Below are positions 16,347 through 27,200 of a stretch of 64,000 nucleotides of DNA, one piece after another (the stretch's first letter is position 1; each line of letters opens with the position of its first letter). Both the position numbers and the translations under genes were made by a program. The notes under the pieces were generated by a model. That model had not been told where the DNA came from. It was given only the letters and a program-made list of their open reading frames with translations, and searched no databases. The stretch is taken from sequence record ON287375.1. One strand, 5' to 3'.

Positions 16347-19300
16347 TTAGATTATTTCAACATCAAACTCTGGTTTAGGGTTTGCATTTACATTGGTAGA
16401 CAGTTGAACTTCAGCCGTTAGTTCGGTGGTTATTCCGGCATAAACAACAATGAATTTCAGTTCTGCTTTCTTGGAGATAACATCTGAGGTATCCGATTTA
16501 ATAGATTTGAATACCCACTTGCCATTAGCATTTTTACTGAATTCAAAATCATCTTTGATATCATCGTTATTAGTACAGACAATATCAGTCACGCTGGAAG
16601 CCACACTTACATCGCCACTCTTCACATCATAGGAAAGTTCTTTCTCTTCCCACAGATCAAAAGTATATTCCGTTACAAGATCAGTTAGAACTGGCGTCGG
16701 TGGATTAATATTGACAACAAGATCGATTTCTTTCACATAGGTCGTCATGAACTCAGTACAAGTAAACTTGACTTTGATATTAGCAATCCCGGTTTCACCT
16801 TTAGGTTCGCACTTAATAATGAAACGACCATTGCTTGGTTCACGAGTAATCGACCCAATTATAGTAAGCGAATTATCAACAGATATTAATTCACATTTAC
16901 CAGCAGGAATATATTTTTGAGGTCCTGGAACTAGCGGAACTTCTAGTTGGAAGTAAGTAGTGTACTGTTTATCATCATTAGTGATGGTATTATCAGTCTG
17001 AACTACTTCTGGTTCAGTACCTTGAGTGGTTAATGGTTGACTAACAACTTTGCTACTTAACCCATCAACATCCATATACCAAATAGGCGTGAATGTAGCT
17101 TGCGCCCAACCCACTGCGATATTGGACTCGTAACGACCTGGTTTATCTTTATCTTCTTTGAGATGAGAATAACCAGTATAACCATTATTGCGTTTTTCAC
17201 CATCAGAGAAATCATAATAATAACAGGTGAGGTCAGTTGCAGGAGCACCGTCAGCGTAATTGAGATCAAATACTACTTTGTTATCACCCTGTGTTAGAAT
17301 AGGATCACTAACTGGAACTAATGTTAATTCCTTCCCTATCCCAATAGGGAGACTGATTTCAAGAGTACCCTGTTTACCCAGCTTAGGATTAACTGCATTA
17401 ACCGTACCAGTAATCTTAACTGTTCCATCGGCAGCTTTAGACTTAAGTTTAAAGACTGTCATGGTAGGGTTCTTATCCGCCTGAGCTGGTTCATTAACAA
17501 ATTCGGCATTATCAGATATGGTGAAATCATCATAAGTAAATTGTAATTTACTATTATAGATGAGAACCGGGTTATTAGTTCCCAACCCAGTCCAGCTTGC
17601 CTGCATCAAGGAGAACTTAAAGTCAACCTCACTACCCCCTTGTGGAAGCATACTAATAGGGACTAACTCTTCTAACCTTAATGGCGGCTTGATGATGTTA
17701 ACACTAAATTGCTTAACAGTGAACTCTTTCTCACCAGATTTGATCACTAAATCAAACAGAGCCGAGTCAATACCTTTATCACATTTGATGCCTAGTCTGT
17801 AGATGTTATCAGCAACCTTGGTCAGAGATTCACCCACGCTGAAGATACCGGATCCTGTTTCAGGAACATTAGTGGTTTTAACAGAAACAAGTTCTGCATC
17901 AGTCACTGGACCTTTAACATTATTATCGAGTTTAAATTCAAGATAACATGGAAGATCTCTATTGGTATTCTCAGGATCAACCTGCATTATCTCCAGGTCT
18001 GCTTGAGGTGTGGCGGTAACCTCTTCCTTGACACCATCACGTACAGTCACTTCAAGCACTAAGTCATCATAGGTATAAAGGATACCCTGTATTTCCTCAG
18101 AAACGCTAAAGGTGAGTGTTTGCGTAGTATTAGGTTGTTCAGATGAAATATACCCGGTTGCGTTACCTTTACCTAAAAAGGTGTATGGTCTATCGATCTT
18201 CAAGCCATCACTTGATTTTTGAGAAACTACTGTAGTACCAAATGAAATTGAGGTCTCACCATCAATCCTAACTTGTCTGGTGAAGAAAATTCCCATCATG
18301 GTAGACTTGAACGGATCTATTACCGCTCCGACTCTACTTACTGTAACTGGAGAACCTTCTGTCTTGAATTCCAGTTTGGAATCAATATCGTATTTAACAC
18401 CGGCGATAGTTAGCTCAGGAATAATAGTAACTGTACCTGGGAGATAGCCAACATCAACGATCATGGTATAAATAGATGTATCTGCGGTACCCTGGGTAAA
18501 CTCACCAGGAACATTACTAACAACATCATTAGTCGGTACAGAAGTTATTGTAGAGTTTACGATCTTACCAGGTTGATGGAGATATTCACCTTTAGAGTTC
18601 AGGACACGGGCAACAACAGTTGCTTTCTTCAGATAACCCAGATCTTCATCTGTCAGCAATTCAACAGTTAAGGTATCCTTCTCTACAATAATATCATGAT
18701 CCACACTTAAAAGTCTGCTATCTGGCGAGGCAGAGAAAGTCCCATAGATGTTAATATTTTCCACTTTACCATTTGGAATAATGGTTATCTTACCTTTACC
18801 ATCTGCATCTAAGGTCACCTTCCCTGAAAGGTCGGCAACCATTCCGCCGGTAATTTCTAATTTAACAAAGGTCCCTTGTAGTGGAGAATTTGGTCTAGCG
18901 TATTTATCTTGCGTACCAAATATCTCTATCTCAGTTGGGCCGTCTGTTGCGAATACCTTATTAGGGGTAAAGGTAAATTTACCTGGGGTACCTGGGGTTT
19001 TATAGGTCTTTTTAGGAATAACAAAATCAAAGCCATCCTTAGATAACGTCATATCAATATTAAATGAACCTGATAAATGCCCTAAATTAATATTAATCGC
19101 ATAAATCCCATCTGGCTTGGTATCTACAATTATCCCGCTATACCCCGGAACTAAATCTGGAGTATTTGGACTTCCAACTGCCTTAAGATTTTTTAATGTA
19201 ACTCCCTCTACAGGCACTCCCTGATCATCAGTTACTTTAAAGTAAATGCGATTGGAACTTGCGCCCACTAATTCTTCATCCTTGGTGATCCACTCAGCAT

Positions 19301-19562
19301 TAAGATTAAACTTAGGCTGAGGTTTCTTATTGAGGAAGGTCATCGGGACGACCGTCTTATACTGATCTTTATAAACAAATGTCAGGTTCAGTTTATATTC
19401 AGTATCTTGATCAACTTCCTTAAGGAATTTATAAGTTATGGTATCTTCCGTCTTGGAGGAAATCTGGACTCCCTCATGAGAGTCCAGTGTGATTACCATA
19501 TCAGGATCAAGGTTACTGATAGTCTGACCATCCACTTGTGCAGCTTGTTTAAGCGTGCTCAT
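16347..19562 (-). CDS. Ig-like repeat virion fibre segment 3, 1071 aa
   Basis: Long ORF, SD aagga overlapping the upstream TAA, ~10 beta-rich repeats. Confidence 0.88.
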   Translation of the reverse strand: MSTLKQAAQVDGQTISNLDPDMVITLDSHEGVQISSKTEDTITYKFLKEVDQDTEYKLNLTFVYKDQYKTVVPMTFLNKKPQPKFNLNAEWITKDEELVGASSNRIYFKVTDDQGVPVEGVTLKNLKAVGSPNTPDLVPGYSGIIVDTKPDGIYAININLGHLSGSFNIDMTLSKDGFDFVIPKKTYKTPGTPGKFTFTPNKVFATDGPTEIEIFGTQDKYARPNSPLQGTFVKLEITGGMVADLSGKVTLDADGKGKITIIPNGKVENINIYGTFSASPDSRLLSVDHDIIVEKDTLTVELLTDEDLGYLKKATVVARVLNSKGEYLHQPGKIVNSTITSVPTNDVVSNVPGEFTQGTADTSIYTMIVDVGYLPGTVTIIPELTIAGVKYDIDSKLEFKTEGSPVTVSRVGAVIDPFKSTMMGIFFTRQVRIDGETSISFGTTVVSQKSSDGLKIDRPYTFLGKGNATGYISSEQPNTTQTLTFSVSEEIQGILYTYDDLVLEVTVRDGVKEEVTATPQADLEIMQVDPENTNRDLPCYLEFKLDNNVKGPVTDAELVSVKTTNVPETGSGIFSVGESLTKVADNIYRLGIKCDKGIDSALFDLVIKSGEKEFTVKQFSVNIIKPPLRLEELVPISMLPQGGSEVDFKFSLMQASWTGLGTNNPVLIYNSKLQFTYDDFTISDNAEFVNEPAQADKNPTMTVFKLKSKAADGTVKITGTVNAVNPKLGKQGTLEISLPIGIGKELTLVPVSDPILTQGDNKVVFDLNYADGAPATDLTCYYYDFSDGEKRNNGYTGYSHLKEDKDKPGRYESNIAVGWAQATFTPIWYMDVDGLSSKVVSQPLTTQGTEPEVVQTDNTITNDDKQYTTYFQLEVPLVPGPQKYIPAGKCELISVDNSLTIIGSITREPSNGRFIIKCEPKGETGIANIKVKFTCTEFMTTYVKEIDLVVNINPPTPVLTDLVTEYTFDLWEEKELSYDVKSGDVSVASSVTDIVCTNNDDIKDDFEFSKNANGKWVFKSIKSDTSDVISKKAELKFIVVYAGITTELTAEVQLSTNVNANPKPEFDVEII

Positions 19563-19577
19563 GGTTGGGACTATTCC

Positions 19578-22500
19578 TTATTCTGGTTTAAGTACGAATT
19601 GTTTCAGAGTTACTGGTGTCTCTACATCACCTTCACCTGTCGTCTGGAAACCTTCACCTAAAGTCAGTTGCTGATAGCGAGGAAGTTGATTATAAACCAT
19701 ACTTGCATTCGCTGTTTTAACCACATTACTTGGATTGGTGTATTTCAATGAAATACTAAATCCAGTATTAGGTATTTCAGCATCTGTGTCACTGGTGAAT
19801 TGTAACTTCAGAGAATCCTTACTGAGTGAGTTAGCAACTACAGTAACTTTAGAGTCATTGGTGGGACCAACAACCAGTTTAGAGTCAGTTAAAGGAACTT
19901 GAGTCTTACCATAGTAGACAATTAACTTAGTCAACTGCTCGTCACCAAACTTACCTTTAAATACATAAGGATCAGGTTGTGAAGCATACAGAGTTTCTTC
20001 ATCCTTGATGACCGTGATTCCCATCATGTCAACTACATAGTCAATACCTTCCACATCACTAGTAGCTGACTTAATTTTAACCTTCAGCGTCATCGCACCA
20101 TTAACTACGGTATTGCTTGCATTACCATTAAATCGGTAAGTGGTTTCTTTAGTAGTGCTATTATAACCAAGTGGAGTAGCGTCGGGTTTAACATATTGAG
20201 CACCACTTAACTGGGTTACAGTAAGCTCACCAACCGGGATACCTTTCAATTTACCAGAGAAGTAAACCGGAGCATATCCACCAGTATAGGTTAGAAATTC
20301 CCCATTAGGCCCCTTAGATGTATCACCATACCGATGAGTGATTACCAACTCTTTACCATCATAACTATTGATGGTGAACGGAACTGTGACTTTAACCTCT
20401 TCAGAATCAGCGGCATACTTATAGGTATATTCCACATTCTGCTTGGTTAAAGATATGGCTTTATCAGAGATGATCTGATATCCGCCTTTCAGCCCATTAT
20501 GCTTAACCAAATCAGTTTCAATGAAACTAATAGAGTTAACGTTGCTGGTTACATCTTTACCACCTAATGTGAATTTAAGTGGTGAAGTGTCACTCTTGTC
20601 CCATACGTTTACTGTAGGATCAGTTTTTGTTACAACTAGTGCACCTACGAGCTTAACATCTAATGGGGATTCAGTAACCATTCCACCCGCATTTGCTTTC
20701 ACCTTAACAGAAACAGCTTTGTCATAAGGAACTTCTTGCAAGATTTCAAACGTTAGTGCTGTTTTACTTCTCATTGCGATACTTATAACATCTGAAGGTT
20801 CAATAGACCAAGCTACACCAAAATCATCTAAGTTATAATTAGTTTCACCATTAGTTAATTTACCATTAACTGTTATTCGGGAACCCTTACTGCCTGAGAT
20901 TTCAGTTTGATCCAGAACTAATTTGAAGTTACTAGAATCAATAACAGCATAAATAGGATCGAGATAGCTTTGTGTTTCAATCGTTCCGTTGGTAAGAGTG
21001 AATGCAACAAACCCTTTCCCCTCAACACCAGCTCCTGTAACAACAACACTATAAACGCCATCGCCGATCTCTTTAAAGTTCTTAGGTGAAACAACTGATC
21101 CACCCGACCCAAGTCCACCACCTTTGATAGTTACCCCAGTAGCTGGTTTACCACCTAATGTGATCTTGAACTTCATTTCTGTTTCTGCACCTTTGACACC
21201 ATTAAACTCGGTATCTATCGGCTCAGTAACAAATTCGGCCTTAGGAACAGGTATTTCTACATTAAGGTAAGACAACCCTGAGAATGTTGGATCTGAAACA
21301 GGTCCAGTTATACGTAATGAAGTTCCTGAAGTTCCTGCTGTAAATTCCAAAATAAATTTACTTTGGTCTGTCGGATCCTTTTCTAGAGTATACCCTTCAG
21401 ATAAAATTATGGCATTCCCATTGGTGGGTATTGGGATGATTTTATTACTGAGTAGTCTAGGGTTGGTTAATTTATTGTTGCTATTTTTCAGTGTGAATTT
21501 AATTTTATTTTTAATTCCTGGGATAACTGTATCGGCTGTATCGAGTACCGTATCTTGAACCTGAGTACTTGAATTAGGGTAAACCCAGAAATTGGCGTCA
21601 TTTGGAGCTGGTTCGCACTTATATTTATCCGGGTCTGAGGCTAGTCTAAATCTCCATGGGTTATAGTAGCCATTATTATTCCCAATAAACCCTCTGGTTA
21701 TTTTTAGATATAATGTTGTACCTAAACCACCTGCCAAAGTACAAGCTATCTCACCACGATCATTACCGGACACTGTTCCGATCCTAGGATAAAACTCTAT
21801 ATCTGGGCTATCTAATGGAACTCTGACACCGTTCTTAAATAAATAAAGCTCTGTTTGAGAACCTGTTCCATTAATATTGGTTCTTGGGAATTGCACAGAA
21901 CCCAAGGCCCCAGAAATACCACTACCCATTCCATAGACACCGAGTATATCACCCATAACGAAATAATTGATATCGTTTATTGTCACGGCATTCAGGTTTT
22001 CAATATTTCCATCGGTTCCTTTAAGTTTTACTTTTAAGGAAGTAACTGTAGGGGCGTTTGTTCTATTGGGTGATGTTAAAGAGGTACTAGCCCTAATGGT
22101 AACCTTTAAAGAATTGTTGTCGCCAGATGGGGTTTGGGAAACTAACTTGACATTCACATCTAAAGACCCATGGTTCACCAGTTCGAGCATATTTCCGGCT
22201 GGTTTGCCTTTAAATGTTCCCACTAATTCATAATTGGTATCCTGAGCTGTAGAAGCACCAATTACTTTTTCTTTCATAGTTACATCTAATACTTTACCAG
22301 ACCAAGCAGCGATCTGATAAATACCATAAGCTACTTTGGGTTTCCAGTTACCTGTTACATTAACTTCAAATGTAAAGAAGGTAGATTTAGAAGCGCCTGC
22401 TGTAGGGGCAGTATCAACAACCCAATGACCAGGGTTTTCAGGATCTTCTTTAATATATTCGTTAGCTACCAATTTCAGATTACGAATCTGAGAAGTAACA

Positions 22501-24227
22501 TCAGTACCGCTAGAAGTTACAGTGAATGGAACTTCACTTAGGCTATCCCAGACTTTAACAGGTACAGTTTTAGGTGTAATAACAATTTGGTCATTACCAC
22601 TAACCATTAAGGTCTTACTATACTTGTAAGTTCTGCTTTCAGGGGCAGGACCAATAATATCAGCAGTAACTAAAACCTCACCGTTATTTTTATTACCTAT
22701 GATGTTGATGGCAAAACTACCATCAGCATTCAGACTAGGAGCTGAAGCTTTATCAAGAGCACCGGTCGCTTTGAAGTTAGTTACAGAAGCACCAGAGAAC
22801 TTATCTTGGTTCTCTTCTTTGATACCAATGATAACATAGTTATCGCCGGTATTATTCAGTTTCTCAGCGGGCATTGCGTAAGAAGAATACTTACCTTCAG
22901 CAACATCAATGATCAGAGGTTTGATTGCCACGGGTGTTGTACCAGCCATGTTTTCTGAACCACGGATGCGGTAACAGTCTATCACCCCAGATACAGTTAC
23001 AATTGATTCAACCCCCGGTGTCGTTAATTCCTTTATATATCGACCCACTTGGTCAGGGGTGAGTCCGCTAATATCAGCACTGGAGATAATAGCTGAATTA
23101 TTTTTACTACGTATAATCAAACTACCTGAAGCAAAGATGGCGCCACTAACTGATAAAAATGCCGACCATTCTGCAGTTTTAGATAATGACGCGGTGAATG
23201 TTAATTTTTGCAGGGCATTCGGATTTAAAGGCTTTAGATTGGTTAGTTCTATGGGATCAAGAATACCATCTTTAAGTAAAACATTGGACCCATTTAAATC
23301 TAAGTCGACATTTCCATATGTAAGTCTCCATGTAAACCCAGGATTTCTACCTGGAGTTGGTTTCACGGAAGTTATCTTGCACTCGATATAAGTTTCAGTT
23401 GTCCCAAGTATATTGAATTTACTTGCACCCGATTGATTCGGGGTGACTGTTGTTTTATCTAGTTTAGCAATTTTTAGAGCCGGAGAATTAAGAGGAACCA
23501 CATTCCCATTCCAAGTAACGATCGGATAAATTCTCACAATCGCATTTAGAGGACCCACCACACCAGCATCTGAAGTGTTAGGGAAAAATGCGTTTAATGA
23601 TCCGGATGCATTTTTAGCAAAGATCGCCCTCATTGGGACAATGCAATTACCATCACCTACCAACGTACTATCAGAAGCATTTTTGCGAAGTATTTTAAAG
23701 TCTATCGTGTTACCATTTGCTTCATACAGTGGCGTGTAATAAACACGGTTAGTCTTACCATCCGGAAGATTTTCTTCTTTATCAAAAGAAGCATAACCGT
23801 TAAATACATTGGATCCTGATAAAAATAAAAATTCGGTATTGGGTAATTCTTGTCCTTGGTATTTAGCCACGTAATCAAAATACCGCTGTTGTTTTACAGC
23901 ACCATTTAAGAACAATCCATTATTAGTAAGTACTTTTGCTTCAAATGTACCGGCTGCATACTTCTTCACATTGACCTTACTCTCTGCTTGCAGGGAGTAG
24001 GTCTTGTTTAAGTCAGTTACGTCAAACTTAAATACTGCATCGATCAATTTGTCTTCATTTTGATCAGCATTGATTACTGTAAAAGTATCATTGTCATTAG
24101 CCTTGAAAAAGGGGACCGAAGTCCCCTTAGATTCAACAGACGTTAACTTGATATTCTCAGTAATGTCAGTACCAGTTTGAGCGCTTCTAACCTTGAATGG
24201 AACTACAGATGACTGTTTGTTATTCAC
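19578..24227 (-). CDS. Ig-like repeat virion fibre segment 2, 1549 aa
   Basis: Long ORF, GTG start with weak aggg SD, ~14 beta-rich repeats. Confidence 0.88.
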   Translation of the reverse strand: MNNKQSSVVPFKVRSAQTGTDITENIKLTSVESKGTSVPFFKANDNDTFTVINADQNEDKLIDAVFKFDVTDLNKTYSLQAESKVNVKKYAAGTFEAKVLTNNGLFLNGAVKQQRYFDYVAKYQGQELPNTEFLFLSGSNVFNGYASFDKEENLPDGKTNRVYYTPLYEANGNTIDFKILRKNASDSTLVGDGNCIVPMRAIFAKNASGSLNAFFPNTSDAGVVGPLNAIVRIYPIVTWNGNVVPLNSPALKIAKLDKTTVTPNQSGASKFNILGTTETYIECKITSVKPTPGRNPGFTWRLTYGNVDLDLNGSNVLLKDGILDPIELTNLKPLNPNALQKLTFTASLSKTAEWSAFLSVSGAIFASGSLIIRSKNNSAIISSADISGLTPDQVGRYIKELTTPGVESIVTVSGVIDCYRIRGSENMAGTTPVAIKPLIIDVAEGKYSSYAMPAEKLNNTGDNYVIIGIKEENQDKFSGASVTNFKATGALDKASAPSLNADGSFAINIIGNKNNGEVLVTADIIGPAPESRTYKYSKTLMVSGNDQIVITPKTVPVKVWDSLSEVPFTVTSSGTDVTSQIRNLKLVANEYIKEDPENPGHWVVDTAPTAGASKSTFFTFEVNVTGNWKPKVAYGIYQIAAWSGKVLDVTMKEKVIGASTAQDTNYELVGTFKGKPAGNMLELVNHGSLDVNVKLVSQTPSGDNNSLKVTIRASTSLTSPNRTNAPTVTSLKVKLKGTDGNIENLNAVTINDINYFVMGDILGVYGMGSGISGALGSVQFPRTNINGTGSQTELYLFKNGVRVPLDSPDIEFYPRIGTVSGNDRGEIACTLAGGLGTTLYLKITRGFIGNNNGYYNPWRFRLASDPDKYKCEPAPNDANFWVYPNSSTQVQDTVLDTADTVIPGIKNKIKFTLKNSNNKLTNPRLLSNKIIPIPTNGNAIILSEGYTLEKDPTDQSKFILEFTAGTSGTSLRITGPVSDPTFSGLSYLNVEIPVPKAEFVTEPIDTEFNGVKGAETEMKFKITLGGKPATGVTIKGGGLGSGGSVVSPKNFKEIGDGVYSVVVTGAGVEGKGFVAFTLTNGTIETQSYLDPIYAVIDSSNFKLVLDQTEISGSKGSRITVNGKLTNGETNYNLDDFGVAWSIEPSDVISIAMRSKTALTFEILQEVPYDKAVSVKVKANAGGMVTESPLDVKLVGALVVTKTDPTVNVWDKSDTSPLKFTLGGKDVTSNVNSISFIETDLVKHNGLKGGYQIISDKAISLTKQNVEYTYKYAADSEEVKVTVPFTINSYDGKELVITHRYGDTSKGPNGEFLTYTGGYAPVYFSGKLKGIPVGELTVTQLSGAQYVKPDATPLGYNSTTKETTYRFNGNASNTVVNGAMTLKVKIKSATSDVEGIDYVVDMMGITVIKDEETLYASQPDPYVFKGKFGDEQLTKLIVYYGKTQVPLTDSKLVVGPTNDSKVTVVANSLSKDSLKLQFTSDTDAEIPNTGFSISLKYTNPSNVVKTANASMVYNQLPRYQQLTLGEGFQTTGEGDVETPVTLKQFVLKPE

Positions 24228-24247
24228 GGTTATTGGCCCTATTAGTA

Positions 24248-27200
24248 TTAACGAGGAGAAATTACTTTGAATGGTGCTAAGTAAGATTTACCGTACTCAG
24301 CATCAATCTGTGTTATATCAGTCACGAACGGAGTTGTCGGTGAAGGCAACTGAGTTAACGTGATGTCTACAACATATTCACTTCTTCCTTTATAAGTGAA
24401 CTTCTGTTTAAACTGATGTTTAATTTCAGTATCACTATTGTTGGTGAATGAATACCCAACAGTTGCTGAGGAGAGTGTTTTAATGGTGACGTCAGGATAA
24501 TCCAAGATCTCAATGATCAGATCTGAATCGGTGTTAGCAAGTGGTTTGTCACCGAGCATCACAGCCTGACCTAATACAGGTGGTTCCCAATAGTTACCTT
24601 CACCAGTAGTTTCGAATCGAGCTGCTGGCGTCAGTTCTTTAGGAAGAACTGTTACTTTAGGATACAGGTCCACATAGTCGGAACCGATGTTGCCATTACC
24701 AGTATCGTGAACAGATTTGATTCTGATTCTAACACCATCTTCACCAGGAGCTTTACCTGTCAGCTTGATTACCATAGATTCATTGGTGGTAAATTCATAT
24801 GCCCCGAAGGTCACAATCCCACCGTTGTCGCTATTAGCTGCATCGAAGATGACATTACCTGATAATGGATCACCACTATAGTCACCTTTGATTTCAAGGT
24901 AGCCTACTTCATCAACCATCAACAGAGCAAACCCTGCTTCAACATTGATCTGCTTACCATTATACCCCAGTACAGTGAAGGTCACCTGTTGTTTCAAGGT
25001 AAACGTCACACTATCAAGAACGATGTCAGCCTCAATGGTAGGCATCACTTTGACAGTCTGAGGATCGGCATGTTTAACATGCCATTGTTTATCTTTGATC
25101 TCTATATAAGAGTTATCAGAGATTCTCACAATACTAATCTGATCTGTTACATCAGTGCCTTTCCAATCTACTTTGAATGGAACAGCACCAGTATCATTAT
25201 AGTGAACAGTGAGTTCGGTTTGCGGATCTTTGATTGTAGGGAATGGAACATTAGTGTGCTGAATAGCTTTCACAGGGAATCTAGCAGCCATTGTATCAAA
25301 GTCACTGGTATTACCGATCATGATGGTCATATCAGTTTCTTTAGTGGCTACATCAATTTCACTAGCGAAGGCGTATTCAAGTTGGTTATCACTAAACCCT
25401 GTTCTATTAAGTACCCCAGCCGGTTTAATATCGGTGCTACTAGCGGCATTGGTACCACTTCCTAACTTGCTGGCTACAATACCCCTTCTCAATGTAAAGT
25501 TCCACTTATAATTGAGGTTGGTACCAGCCATACCTTCAATCACTGGGTCCCAAGTTACTGGATAGAACCGGTTAGGGTTATAGCAGTAGGTAGGAATGGT
25601 GAGAATAACATAATCCACACCTTCTTTGGCATTTGGATCGTTCTCTTTTTCCTTGAACCCTATACAGTAAGTTGCTTGTTCAGAATCCTGAGAATCCAGA
25701 ATACCTTTAGCACTTAACTGATAATACATCTGTTGGAAGGTCTGACCGTAAACTTCTATCTGAGTCTGAGAGGACTTAGCTGGCCAGTAAGAGAGCTTGT
25801 TATAGTTATTGGTGAGAGCCACTCCTTGGAATGTACCTTCGAACATAATCAAGGTATTCGTATTAACAGGAATTGCTACACCATTATTGAAGGAGTTAGG
25901 TAACCTGATATTCATCCTCAGGGAATTACCATCGTAAGCCGAGATATTGAATTTAACTTTCTGTTCAATTTCCCAGGTGCGAGGACCTTGCACCACAGTA
26001 AGAATGAAAGTACCTTCCTTAACTGAAGGTTCTGGATCACCATCAATTACACGATAACCATCAGTCAGTTTAGGACCTGCTTCCAACCATGCTTTATCAG
26101 CATCAGCAACTTTAACACTTGTCACCGTGCTAGTATCGATAGGATAGTTAACCCCATCAATAGCCAGTTTGAAAGGTAAACCAGTTTGTTTCTTCCAGAC
26201 GTCAGTTGTAACTTCTTGAACATCAGTCACAGTCAACACTGGATCTTTGGCGCCCTCTTTACCTTTAAAGATAATTGGCTGGTCATAAGAGAAACTGTAG
26301 TTCTTCTTATTTATAGGGTTAATCCATTGGATGTTGAAAGTATAGTAACTTGTAACATCACTTTCACCGACAGTTATTTTTGCTGGTTGAATTTTGTATC
26401 TGTCCTTATCCCAGTTAAAGCGGTTAGTTCCTGTGGTGTTGTTCTGACCAAATAGGGAAGCTATACCAGTATCGTGGGACAAGCCAACAAAGTTAACCTC
26501 AGCAGTTGAGTTGATCATAACCTGTCTGAGTCCCCATACAGCATCGAAAGGAACATCAATAACTGCAGTACTACCATTTGGAATGATCAGCGGTTTCGGC
26601 TCAAATCCTTCTCTAAAGGTAATTTTGTCTTCAAAGACATACCAAGTCACATCAATGGTACTTTGGTTCTTACCTTCAGTGCCTGCCGGATATCCATTAG
26701 GTGCACTGGCTTCAGCGGCATTTCCTTTATACCGTAATACCATAGTACCTGGGAACTTACCAGCTTTATTGGGCATGATTCTAGATGTGACACCGTTCCC
26801 GTCAGAAATCTGACTGATCTGTGTTACGGCATCTGGATCTGAAGATGTAATTTTCAAGAAATCAGACAAACTAGAAACGCCACCACCATTAGGTCTTACC
26901 TTATTCATCATCATTGCTTGGACGATTACAGCATTCCAAGTATTGGTGAAAGGTATTGGAACCACTAACCCATCATCCTGTTTAACAAATCCAGTGGTAG
27001 GAATACCATAAAACTCTATTTGGTCCCAAGCGGCAATAATAATATTGACCTTTTGAGTCAATGTCAGATTACCATGACTAGCAGGAGACTGAATAGTGAA
27101 GATTACTTCCTTTTTAACTTCAGTGGTATCGGCTTTAACAACCTGACCAGATGGACCCAATTGAGTATTGATCGGTCTGAATATCTCAATGTAATCAGTA

